The notes under the pieces: generated by a model
The model's database searches: none
What the model saw: the letters and a program-made list of their open reading frames with translations, nothing else
What the model was told of the DNA's origin: nothing
Assembly: GCA_039975855.1 (NCBI GenBank)
Contig: JBDWGH010000001.1
Coordinates: 31 to 64,030, forward strand
Length of the DNA: 64,000 nucleotides
Direction of reading: 5' to 3'
Source: Litorimonas sp.
GTDB lineage: Bacteria; Pseudomonadota; Alphaproteobacteria; Caulobacterales; Maricaulaceae
Translations under genes and position numbers: made by a program
Shown: positions 40,486 through 49,291 of the stretch, piece after piece
Position numbering within the stretch: the first letter of the stretch is position 1
Layout: every line of letters begins with the position of its first letter

Positions 40486-41958
40486 ATGAGCCCGTTATCA
40501 GCCATTAATCTGCCCAATCAGATTCAGTCGTATGAGTATGACCGGAACGCAATAACATCGGGAATTGTCCATTTTGGAATCGGAAACTTTCATCGCGCGC
40601 ACCAAGCTGTCTATTGCGATGATCTTTTGAACCGAGGAGACACGAACTGGGGTATCACGGGCGTTTCCTTACGGTCTTCTTCCATGCGCGATTCCTTGAA
40701 ACCGCAAGATTACCTCTACACGCTAGCAACATTGGGTGAGACGACCGAATACCGCATCATCGGCGCAATCCAAGATGTGGTTGTTGCGCCCGAAGAGCCT
40801 GAGGCTGTGATCAATTTAATTTCACGTCCATCGACCCAACTTATTAGTTCGACGATCACCGAGAAAGGTTATTATCTTGCATCGTCTAAGATTGACTTTT
40901 CTCATCCAGATTTGCGCGCTGAATTAGCCTCATTGGATACACCTAAAACCATCTATGGATTTTTGGCGCGCGGTCTTATTTCTCGGGCGCAGGAAGATGC
41001 GCAGGCGAAACTGACGATAATGTGCTGCGATAATATCTCCAAAGGCGGTGAGTTTCTCAAGGATGGCGTCGCGCGTTTATTGGCACAGCACAGCCCGGAA
41101 ACCAGAGAGTGGGCTGACAAACATGTCGGCTTCGTTTCGTCTATGGTTGACCGTGTTTGTCCCGCGACGGATGAAAAATTACGGCAGTCCGTAAGCGAAG
41201 ATACAGGTCGAAAAGACGCCTGGCCCGTATCGGCGGAACCATTTTCACAATGGATTATTGAAGGCAATTTTGTGGGTGAACGCCCAAATTTCGAGGATGT
41301 GGGCGCGGTTTTTGTGGACGACATTAAGCCATTTGAGCAGATGAAATTACGTTACCTGAACGCTGCACATACTATCGCTTCGACGTTGGGGTATTTGAGC
41401 GGAGATGCTTTTGTACATGAAGCGCTCGCACGAGCGGAGATTTTCGACTTCATGCGACAGGCGCTAAAAGAAAATGTTCTGCCCCACGCCGCGGTGCCGA
41501 ATGGGTATGATGGGTATGACTATATTGCGAGTGTCATCAAGCGGTTCCAAAATGAAAACCTACCGTATGCCAATCTGCAAGTTGGGACAGACAGTTCTCA
41601 GAAAATTCAGCAAAGATGGTTCCCGACAATTGACGCCGCAGTCGCGAAAAATGCTGAAATACCTTATCTTGAATTTTGCCTTGGGGCATGGGTCATATTC
41701 ATTCAAACGGCACTGGAAAACGGAGTGCTGAATGACCCTAAGAAAGAGGCCCTCGCTCAGGTTAGGAGGACTGATATGAATACCTGTGTCTCATCCTATC
41801 TGGCAATTGCATCCGTGGCTGATTTCCCGTTCTCTCAAAAGATTGAAGTTACTCAGGCGGTCGTGCGTCATGCAGAAACAATTCAAACAGATGGAATACA
41901 GACCGCGCTAGAAAATTTCCTGCTTGCGCAAACACAGAAAGAGCAAAACTATGCGTGA
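40486..41958 (+). CDS. uxuB: Mannitol dehydrogenase-family oxidoreductase, probably fructuronate reductase (D-mannonate oxidoreductase)
   Basis: GIVHFGIGNFHRAHQAVYCDDLL N-terminal Rossmann motif, 490 aa. It overlaps uxuA by 8 nt. Confidence 0.75.
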   Translation: MSPLSAINLPNQIQSYEYDRNAITSGIVHFGIGNFHRAHQAVYCDDLLNRGDTNWGITGVSLRSSSMRDSLKPQDYLYTLATLGETTEYRIIGAIQDVVVAPEEPEAVINLISRPSTQLISSTITEKGYYLASSKIDFSHPDLRAELASLDTPKTIYGFLARGLISRAQEDAQAKLTIMCCDNISKGGEFLKDGVARLLAQHSPETREWADKHVGFVSSMVDRVCPATDEKLRQSVSEDTGRKDAWPVSAEPFSQWIIEGNFVGERPNFEDVGAVFVDDIKPFEQMKLRYLNAAHTIASTLGYLSGDAFVHEALARAEIFDFMRQALKENVLPHAAVPNGYDGYDYIASVIKRFQNENLPYANLQVGTDSSQKIQQRWFPTIDAAVAKNAEIPYLEFCLGAWVIFIQTALENGVLNDPKKEALAQVRRTDMNTCVSSYLAIASVADFPFSQKIEVTQAVVRHAETIQTDGIQTALENFLLAQTQKEQNYA

Positions 41959-43150
41959 GTCTTGGAGATGGTTCGGTCCAAATGATTCTGTAACTTTGGA
42001 CGAAATTCGCCAGACAGGTGCGACTGATATCGTCAGCGCATTGCATACCGTTCCGGCCGGAGATGTTTGGAAGATTGACGCGATTAAAGCGTACAAAAAT
42101 CTAATCGAAAAGACCCCTAACGGCATGCAAGCTCTCCGTTGGACTGTGGTGGAAAGCATTCCGGTTCATGAGGACATTAAATTGGGAAAACTGGGGTGCG
42201 AGAAGTATGTCGACGCGTGGGCGAAATCCATGGTCAATTTAGCGCGGTGTGGGGTAAAAACCATTTGCTATAATTTTATGCCCGTTATTGATTGGACCCG
42301 AACGGATTTGAAATTCCAACTTCCAAGTGGTGCCTACGCCCTGCGGTTTGATCAGGATAAATTTGCCGCATTTGATCTATTTATTTTGAAACGTGAAAAT
42401 GCAGAATCCGACTACTCCTCCGCTGAGTTAGAGACGGCCAAAGCTGTATTTTCGGAAATGAGCGACGCAGAAAAAACGCAGCTTACAAATAATATTATCG
42501 CCGGTCTGCCAGGCAAAATGACTGAGAGTTATGACTTGGACAGTTTCCGCCAACAGCTCGCCCAATATCAAGCCATTAGCAGCCAACAACTTCGACAGAA
42601 TTTACTTCGTTTTTTGGATGTCGTTCTACCCCTTGCCGAAGAACATGATGTGAAACTGGCCATCCATCCCGATGACCCGCCACGCGACATGTTTGGCTTG
42701 CCGCGAATTATCTGCACGGCTGATGATTTGAATACGCTTTTCGATCTAGCGCCAAGTCCCGCAAATGGGATTACACTATGCGTTGGAACTTATGGCAGTC
42801 GTCCGGATAACGACTTGCCGCAAATGGCGAAAGATTTTGGATCCCGCATTCATTTCTCTCATCTGCGTGGAGTTACGCGTGATCCGCGGGAGCAACGGTC
42901 ATTTTACGAGGCGAACCACCTCGACAGCGATATTGATATGGTTTCTGTCATTCGAAACTTGCTGTTAGAAGAGAAAAAACGGAGTCAGGGAGACGGTGAG
43001 GGCGCGGAGATATTCATTCGCCCGGACCATGGCCATCAAATGATGGGCGATATCAACAAAACCAATAACCCCGGTTATTCGGGTGTTGGGCGATTGAAGG
43101 GATTAGCTGAGGTTAGGGGCGTTATTCGCGCTTTGAAAGCTGTGATCTAA
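41951..43150 (+). CDS. uxuA: Mannonate dehydratase
   Basis: MRESWRWFGPNDSVTLDEIRQTGATDIVSALH... is the typical UxuA N-terminus. About 399 aa. Confidence 0.9.
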   Translation: MRESWRWFGPNDSVTLDEIRQTGATDIVSALHTVPAGDVWKIDAIKAYKNLIEKTPNGMQALRWTVVESIPVHEDIKLGKLGCEKYVDAWAKSMVNLARCGVKTICYNFMPVIDWTRTDLKFQLPSGAYALRFDQDKFAAFDLFILKRENAESDYSSAELETAKAVFSEMSDAEKTQLTNNIIAGLPGKMTESYDLDSFRQQLAQYQAISSQQLRQNLLRFLDVVLPLAEEHDVKLAIHPDDPPRDMFGLPRIICTADDLNTLFDLAPSPANGITLCVGTYGSRPDNDLPQMAKDFGSRIHFSHLRGVTRDPREQRSFYEANHLDSDIDMVSVIRNLLLEEKKRSQGDGEGAEIFIRPDHGHQMMGDINKTNNPGYSGVGRLKGLAEVRGVIRALKAVI

Positions 43151-43151
43151 T

Positions 43152-43904
43152 TTATGAGTTGTGATCTTGGAGAGTTGCGTGTTTTTTAATTCGAGCGAAA
43201 CTCTTTAGGCTGGAGCACAGATCCAGAGCGGCTTCCCAGAATATCGTACCGAGGATATACCACCCCGCTAGGACAACACCGCGAACGGTTCCGCTGATTT
43301 TCGAGACCCCAATTCTGGCGCGGTAATGGACAGGAACCTCAGTGCACCTAAGTCCCTTTTTCAAAGCCCGAACTTGCATTTCAACTGTCCAGCCAAATGT
43401 GGGCGCTTGCATATTTAAACGGTCGTAACTCTCTCGTCTGATTGCACGAAACGGCCCTAAATCGGTGAAGCGATATCCCCAAAACAAATGCATCAACCAA
43501 CAGGCCAAGGTATTTCCAAATCGTTGCTGCACAGTCAGAGAACCGGGATCGCAATCACCTAAAATTCGAGAGCCAATGACCATGTCAGCGTCGCCTCGAA
43601 GAATGGGATCCAGTAAGCTTGCAAGATCGCCGGGATCATCTGAAGCATCGCCGTCCATGAAAACTAAAATATCATGATCGCCTGCGGCTTTAATGGCGGC
43701 CAGACAGGCACGTCCATAACCAGGGTCTGGTACAGAAACGACCTTGGCACCGGCGGCTCTTGCGATCTCAGCAGTGGCGTCCGTTGAACCGTTATCAGCC
43801 ACGATGACAGCATCGACTAGATGGATGACGGAGGACACTACTTTACCAATAGCATCTTCTTCGTTTCGCGCAGGTATCACGAGTTTGATGTTAGGATCAG
43901 GCAT
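43152..43904 (-). CDS. Family-2 glycosyltransferase (polyprenyl-phosphate sugar synthase-like)
   Basis: LVIPARNEEDAIGKVV...VADNGSTDATAEIA...FMDGDASDDP (DxD). 250 aa and soluble. Confidence 0.85.
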   Translation of the reverse strand: MPDPNIKLVIPARNEEDAIGKVVSSVIHLVDAVIVADNGSTDATAEIARAAGAKVVSVPDPGYGRACLAAIKAAGDHDILVFMDGDASDDPGDLASLLDPILRGDADMVIGSRILGDCDPGSLTVQQRFGNTLACWLMHLFWGYRFTDLGPFRAIRRESYDRLNMQAPTFGWTVEMQVRALKKGLRCTEVPVHYRARIGVSKISGTVRGVVLAGWYILGTIFWEAALDLCSSLKSFARIKKHATLQDHNS

Positions 43905-45300
43905 AGCGTTTTGCTTTCAAACCATCCCAAACGAGAACTAGCAAGGGAATACCAAACTCCAGCGGCAGCAGAACTTTGGCGTATATGTCGTAATGTCCAG
44001 CTTCTCCGATCTTAAACCGGGCGAAGTAAGCGGCAGCCCCGATGGTCAAAAGCGCCAGTCCCCTCGCAGACCAATGGTTCAGTGCGAAAGGCAAGAACAT
44101 CAAAAACCAGATGAAATACCAAGGGTAACCCGTAGGAGAGAGTAAAACGAAAGCGGCCGAAAGCACCATGAGATGAGCAGGGATTGAGCTGTTATTCTCT
44201 GTTCTTATGAACCCTAACCAAAGACTGAGGCCCGTTAAAGTCAAGGCAACAACATAGCGAGCGATCCGGTCGGGATTGTCTAGAACCAATCCTAGGCCAT
44301 CTCTTAATCCGGGGAATAGAAAGCTGCTATTTGTCCAATTTGCGCTATAAGCCGCTAGTCCCGAATCCGAATGTAAAGACAGCAGCATCGGCGCAAGACT
44401 GGCGATAGTCAGTGACCCTATGAGAGCGGCTATACAAAGATAAAGAACCGGGCGATGTCGCCATTTCCTGAACAAAACAGGGGCCAATAAAAGCGGCCAG
44501 ATCTTTATTGCTGCGGCCAAGCTCAACATTAAAGCCGCGCGAACCGGATGCCGCCCCACCCAAAGTACAGCCACCATGAGAGGGGCTATGAGCAAGACGT
44601 CCATGTGTAGGCCGTTATATGTTGTAAAAATTATGATGGGGTTTAGCCAATAAGCCGCACTCCAAAGCATCGGTAAGTTTCGGCTTCGAAGCCCTGCTAA
44701 CATTGCGGCAAGCCCGAGGAGCTCAATAATTAAAAAAACGAGTTTCAACCCCCATTTTTCATAAGGCGAAATCCAATAAGCGACAGCAAACACGGCTTGC
44801 GCGGCCGGTGGATAAATCGTTGTTAATTTGGGACTGTTTATTTCTCCGGTGATATAGTCAGCGTCATTTGAACGAAGTGCGAGACGGGTCAAATCCGGAA
44901 CAGAACGCGCACCGACTTCACCGGCTTCGAAGACTTCAGATGGACTAAATCGATAGGGGTTTTCACCAGACGCGACAACGGAGCCGTCCCAGAGGTATCG
45001 TTTGTAATCATTTTCATAGACGGGCGTTGAGCCAAAAAATAAAAATCTCAAGCCGAGGCCAAGTAGTAGTAATGCAGCGAGCAGTGATCTTTTCGAGAAT
45101 AGGTTTTTTCTAAGGGTAAATACCAACCCCATCCACGCTATGCCAGCGATGATCAAGCTCAGGCAAAGTAAGATAACAGGATGTTCAGCCGTCAGTAGTC
45201 CTGACGCGAATTCAGGGGTAATCCAACGGATTACGAAAAGCGCCCCCGCCAGTAAAATGGCGAGAGCGCAGAGAATTAAGGCCGGGCGTGATGTTTTCAT
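43897..45300 (-). CDS. Polytopic membrane glycosyltransferase-like protein (GT87/DUF2029-type, GT-C fold)
   Basis: 467 aa and at least 10 TM. The first periplasmic loop YENDYKRYLWDGSVVASGENPY resembles the DUF2029/GT87 signature. It overlaps the GT2 gene by 8 nt. Confidence 0.65.
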   Translation of the reverse strand: MKTSRPALILCALAILLAGALFVIRWITPEFASGLLTAEHPVILLCLSLIIAGIAWMGLVFTLRKNLFSKRSLLAALLLLGLGLRFLFFGSTPVYENDYKRYLWDGSVVASGENPYRFSPSEVFEAGEVGARSVPDLTRLALRSNDADYITGEINSPKLTTIYPPAAQAVFAVAYWISPYEKWGLKLVFLIIELLGLAAMLAGLRSRNLPMLWSAAYWLNPIIIFTTYNGLHMDVLLIAPLMVAVLWVGRHPVRAALMLSLAAAIKIWPLLLAPVLFRKWRHRPVLYLCIAALIGSLTIASLAPMLLSLHSDSGLAAYSANWTNSSFLFPGLRDGLGLVLDNPDRIARYVVALTLTGLSLWLGFIRTENNSSIPAHLMVLSAAFVLLSPTGYPWYFIWFLMFLPFALNHWSARGLALLTIGAAAYFARFKIGEAGHYDIYAKVLLPLEFGIPLLVLVWDGLKAKRYA

Positions 45301-45330
45301 ATGTCCCGATCCTTGGGGGAATTTAGAGGC

Positions 45331-45882
45331 CTATTTCAACATGCAAGTGCCGTCATCTTGCGGCTCTGTCCCTGATGGGCAATTTGTGGGCTTCATAGAC
45401 TCGGACTTTTTCATCATTGTGTCGCCGTCTTTCATCATCTTGGCATCCGTCGCGGAAGAATGATCCTTCATCATAGCATCGCCTTTCTTCATCATGGCGT
45501 CACCGTCTTTCATCATTTTGGCATCTGTTGCAGAGGAATGATCTTTCATCATGGCGTCGCCCTTCTTCATCATGGCGTCTCCATCTTTCATCATCTTTGC
45601 ATCCGTCGCTGATGAGTGGTCTTTACCCTCCTTCATCATCGCATTTTCTTTCATAGACTCCGCTTTCATCGCGTCCTCTTTCATTTTTGCGGCTTTCAAA
45701 CGGGCTTTCTCAGCTTTCTTCGCAGCTCTTTTCGCTTTCCGTTCTGCTTTTGCTTTGGCGCGGTCTTCTGAGTTTTCGTAGCTGTCGCCCGTGTTTCCGC
45801 CGTATGAGGATTGAGCGTAGGACGGTGCGGCTGCGAAGGATAGTCCTGCGGCTGCGAGGGCGATAAGGGTAAAGCGTTTCAT
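45331..45882 (-). CDS. Secreted Met/Lys/Asp-rich repeat protein (MxKDx pentapeptide-type repeats)
   Basis: Signal MKRFTLIALAAAGLSFAAAPSYA, a Lys/Ala-rich segment, then three copies of KDHSSATDAKMMKDGDAMMKKGDAMM and a C-terminal CPSGTEPQDDGTC. ATG at 45882 with a GGAGAG SD. Confidence 0.8.
   Translation of the reverse strand: MKRFTLIALAAAGLSFAAAPSYAQSSYGGNTGDSYENSEDRAKAKAERKAKRAAKKAEKARLKAAKMKEDAMKAESMKENAMMKEGKDHSSATDAKMMKDGDAMMKKGDAMMKDHSSATDAKMMKDGDAMMKKGDAMMKDHSSATDAKMMKDGDTMMKKSESMKPTNCPSGTEPQDDGTCMLK
45403..45624 (-). repeat. 78-bp (26-codon) tandem repeat, about 2.8 copies, inside the Met-rich protein gene
   Basis: The peptide units are identical in copies 1-2. The DNA copies differ mainly at synonymous positions (e.g. 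GGAAGAATGATCC / AGAGGAATGATCT / TGATGAGTGGTCT on the + strand). Confidence 0.85.
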
Positions 45883-45991
45883 TGTGTCTCTCCGACTGTT
45901 TGAGTGTGGAGCTTGCATTCCACAGCAAGTCTTCAATGGGGATTCACGCTTCGGAGAGCAGGCGACACATTTTTGTGAGGCGCGTGTGATG

Positions 45992-47140
45992 TCACCTGGC
46001 GTAGAGTTCAAACATATCTAGGACCGGTCGCCCCAAGGCGGTTTCAAATGCGCGTTGATTGCCAGTTGCCGCTAATGTTTCTGATGTCTCAGATTCTCGT
46101 AAATTGGATTTGAATATCCCGGCGGCGCTGACGGGAAGGAAATCTTCATAGGTCAGAGGGTTTCCCGCCTCATCGAAAAAGGCCAATTTCTGCGTTTGCA
46201 GTTCCCCTTTAGTGTCAGGAAAGTCAGCGAAGTCTTTTCGCGCCAAACACTTGTCATAAAGCGCGCGCCCTTTGGGCGTGAGGGCAGCCCCTCGCTGTTC
46301 GATTTCTCCGAAGCGAGCCGTATGGTGAGCTGTTTCCCAACCGTTTTCTGTTTTAAATTCTACCGCTTCTGTCAGAGCTTTGAATGCGGTTTGCCGAAGC
46401 AATATCGGCTCCTGGCGGCGCGGGGGTCCTTCAATGGTATCTTTTACTTCAAGACCCTCAGCGGCCATCATTTCCTGCGCGGCATCTATGTCAGCCACTC
46501 GCGGTGTGAGGTGATTCATATGCGGTCCTTGGAAAGAAACAATGTCCGCGATGAGAGGGTGTTCCGCTAACAGTGATTGATAGGTGGATAAATCAACGTG
46601 AGCGCGTTTGCGCCAAGCAAAAATCTTCACCGATTCCTGTACAAAAGCCGCGCCATCAATTTCATTCAACCCCCCATCACGTTCAGCTTGAGCAAGTAAT
46701 TTGTGACCAGCCTCTGAGAATATAGATCGGGATGCGAGCGCGGATTCAGCGGTTTTGCGCAGTCCATCTGGCAACATATCTAACCGCAATAAGCTTGTGA
46801 ACATACGGAACGGGCTTGTGTTGAAGCCATCTTCTGTAATGGGCCGGAAGGCCGTTGAGTGTACGGGAAGTCCGGCAACGGATAAATCGTAATAGCCCAC
46901 GGGGTGGAGTCCTAAAACGGCGAAGACACGTCCGATGAGAGAGAGTTCCTGAGCTGTACCTAGTCGGATGGCACCATGTCGTTCGCCGTCGCTCCTGACG
47001 CCTTCATGTTCCGCGTTGATCCGTCCCACAATATCTATGAGCGTGCCATAGGCCGGAACTTCGGTACGGTACATGTCCGAGAGGGCTTGCGAAAAATCTG
47101 CGCGCAATTGATCGGAATGGCGAAACGTTTGATTGGTCAT
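45992..47140 (-). CDS. DUF1338-family metalloenzyme (HglS-like 2-oxoadipate dioxygenase/decarboxylase family)
   Basis: 382 aa. Motifs HGAIRLGT, NHLTPRVADID, LRQTAFKAL and HTARFGEIEQRGAA are typical of DUF1338. Confidence 0.7.
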   Translation of the reverse strand: MTNQTFRHSDQLRADFSQALSDMYRTEVPAYGTLIDIVGRINAEHEGVRSDGERHGAIRLGTAQELSLIGRVFAVLGLHPVGYYDLSVAGLPVHSTAFRPITEDGFNTSPFRMFTSLLRLDMLPDGLRKTAESALASRSIFSEAGHKLLAQAERDGGLNEIDGAAFVQESVKIFAWRKRAHVDLSTYQSLLAEHPLIADIVSFQGPHMNHLTPRVADIDAAQEMMAAEGLEVKDTIEGPPRRQEPILLRQTAFKALTEAVEFKTENGWETAHHTARFGEIEQRGAALTPKGRALYDKCLARKDFADFPDTKGELQTQKLAFFDEAGNPLTYEDFLPVSAAGIFKSNLRESETSETLAATGNQRAFETALGRPVLDMFELYAR

Positions 47141-47225
47141 ACTTCATTCTGACCGCTTGAGTTCGCGTTGAAAACCCCGCAAGTGCAATATTTATTCAAT
47201 ATATGATTCAAGAGGGAGACGGGCC

Positions 47226-48284
47226 ATGAAATCCATAGCTGTTCTGGGATTGGGTAAAGTTGGCCGCTTGGCGGCTCAGCTTTTGGTCGATAGTGATTTC
47301 GAGGTCGTAGGCGTAGATAGTGCCGCGAATCCTGACTTATTTCCCCACGAGGTTGCTGCAATTGATGTGACCGATGCTGGCGCACTTGGTGACATCTTTA
47401 CCCGCGTAGATGCCGTCTTGTCTTGCTTACCTTACCATTTGAATATTGGCGTTTCGAATGTCGCCCATGCAAAAGGCATTCACTATTTTGACCTGACCGA
47501 AGATGTCCCGACGACGAATCATATCCGAGACCTAGCGAAAAACTCAGAAGGATTGATGGCGCCGCAATGTGGTTTGGCACCAGGATTTGTTGGAATTGTC
47601 GGCGCCGATTTGATTTCTAAATTTGACGATTGCCGATCTTGCCGAATGCGTGTTGGCGCACTTCCGCAAAATCCTACCGGCTTGATGGGTTACGCTTTTA
47701 ACTGGTCGCCAGAGGGCGTGGTGAACGAATATCTCAATGATTGTGAGGTGATTGAGAGCGGCGAACGTAAATGGGTGTCCGCCATGGAGTGGCGCGAAAA
47801 GATATTTATTGAAGGGCTTGAGCTGGAAGCCTTCACGACGTCTGGTGGCCTTGGCACAATGTGCGAAACCTATCTCGGGAAGGTCAAAAACCTCGACTAC
47901 AAAACCATGCGTTACCCCGGCCATTTCGATTTGATGAATTTCTTCTTCCACGAACTATTGATGCGGCAAGACCGCGAAAAGGCGGGTGAAATCCTCGTCA
48001 ATGCTAAACCCCCGGTCGAAGAGGATATTGTTTATGTCCATGTCGCGGCAGAGGGCATGATTGACGGAAAGCTCTCTCGGAAAGAATTCGTGAACGGCTA
48101 TAAACCGTTGATGATTGCGGGTGAAAGCCGCACTGCAATCGCCTGGACAACGGCTGGCTCCGTCGTGTCCGTGATTGAGTTGGTTCGTGAAGGTAAATTG
48201 CCGTCCAAAGGCTTCCTTAAGCAGGAGGACATCCCGCTGGATGCGCTTCTCTCAACACGGACGGGTAGTTTCTACACGCGTTAG
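47226..48284 (+). CDS. Saccharopine dehydrogenase-family NAD(P) oxidoreductase
   Basis: MKSIAVLGLGKVGRLAAQLL Rossmann N-terminus and a C-terminal saccharopine-DH-like domain (...NWSPEGVVNEY...). Confidence 0.7.
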   Translation: MKSIAVLGLGKVGRLAAQLLVDSDFEVVGVDSAANPDLFPHEVAAIDVTDAGALGDIFTRVDAVLSCLPYHLNIGVSNVAHAKGIHYFDLTEDVPTTNHIRDLAKNSEGLMAPQCGLAPGFVGIVGADLISKFDDCRSCRMRVGALPQNPTGLMGYAFNWSPEGVVNEYLNDCEVIESGERKWVSAMEWREKIFIEGLELEAFTTSGGLGTMCETYLGKVKNLDYKTMRYPGHFDLMNFFFHELLMRQDREKAGEILVNAKPPVEEDIVYVHVAAEGMIDGKLSRKEFVNGYKPLMIAGESRTAIAWTTAGSVVSVIELVREGKLPSKGFLKQEDIPLDALLSTRTGSFYTR

Positions 48285-49144
48285 GCCGCATCCATTCCAA
48301 TATCGAAATTCGGTGCGCTGTGTGTCAGCGCGCCAATGGAAATCACATTAACGCCTGTCTCTGCCAAATCCTTGACAGTTCCCAAATTAACGCCTCCGCT
48401 GGCTTCCAATGTTGGTGTGGGTCCATCAAACTCACGGGCAATTTTTACCGCGGCTTTCAACATATCAGGGCCCATATTATCCAGTAGGACGACATCAGGT
48501 CCCCACGTCAGAACTTTCTTCAGTTGGTCCAGCGTGTCGACTTCGACACTGACCTTCGCCATGTGATCTGCGTTTTTCTTTATCGCGCCTAAAGCTGCGT
48601 CTACGCCGCCAGCAAGGGCAATGTGGTTGTCTTTAATCATGATTGCTGCAGACAGGCTCTCGCGATGCGTAAAGCCTCCGCCGGCTAACACAGCCTGTTT
48701 TTCCAACGCACGAAGGCCTGGTGTTGTCTTACGTGTGGCCGCGATGCGCGCCGAAGAGCCTTCGACCAATGATACATATTTCGACGTCAATGTGGCGACA
48801 CCAGACATGCGCCCAAGGAAGTTCAATGCGACCCGCTCAGCGGATAATAGGGATCTAGATGGTCCCGATATGCGTGCGATAATTTCCCCGGCATCGACCC
48901 ATGTGCCAGTCGGTGCCAAGACTTCGAAGGTCGCGCTGGGGTCGACAAGGTCATATGTCAATTGCGCGGCCTGCATCCCCGCGATAACACCAGTTTCACG
49001 GGCTCGCATGACGAGCGAACCTGTCGCGCTTTCAGGAATCAAGAGACGAGCGGTGATGTCGCCGGAATTACCAAAATCTTCGACTAAAGCCCGTTCGACA
49101 ATGGGGCGAACTATTGTTGGTGGAAGGGGAGATAAGTCGTTCAT
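48281..49144 (-). CDS. nadC: Nicotinate-nucleotide diphosphorylase (carboxylating), quinolinate phosphoribosyltransferase
   Basis: LVEDFGNSGDIT, IMIKDNHIALAGG, VLLDNM and ...EASGGVNL. The ATG at 49144 is preferred to the track start at 49183. Confidence 0.92.
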   Translation of the reverse strand: MNDLSPLPPTIVRPIVERALVEDFGNSGDITARLLIPESATGSLVMRARETGVIAGMQAAQLTYDLVDPSATFEVLAPTGTWVDAGEIIARISGPSRSLLSAERVALNFLGRMSGVATLTSKYVSLVEGSSARIAATRKTTPGLRALEKQAVLAGGGFTHRESLSAAIMIKDNHIALAGGVDAALGAIKKNADHMAKVSVEVDTLDQLKKVLTWGPDVVLLDNMGPDMLKAAVKIAREFDGPTPTLEASGGVNLGTVKDLAETGVNVISIGALTHSAPNFDIGMDAA

Positions 49145-49291
49145 AATCACCGAGTGGATAGATAGTTTAAAAGGGAAAACCAAGCGTATTTAATACACAA
49201 TCTAAGTGTTCTAGCTGAAAATACTACCTTGGGCTTTTATGGAGGGCAGATTTATGATACGGAAAGAATTACCATAGAGGAGGCGCAACCA

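Noticed and set aside
45883-46011. Upstream extension of the Met-rich protein ORF, overlapping the 3' end of the DUF1338 gene
   Set aside because: The ATG at 45882 has a GGAGAG SD and starts a clean signal peptide. The extension has no such features and would overlap the neighbouring gene.
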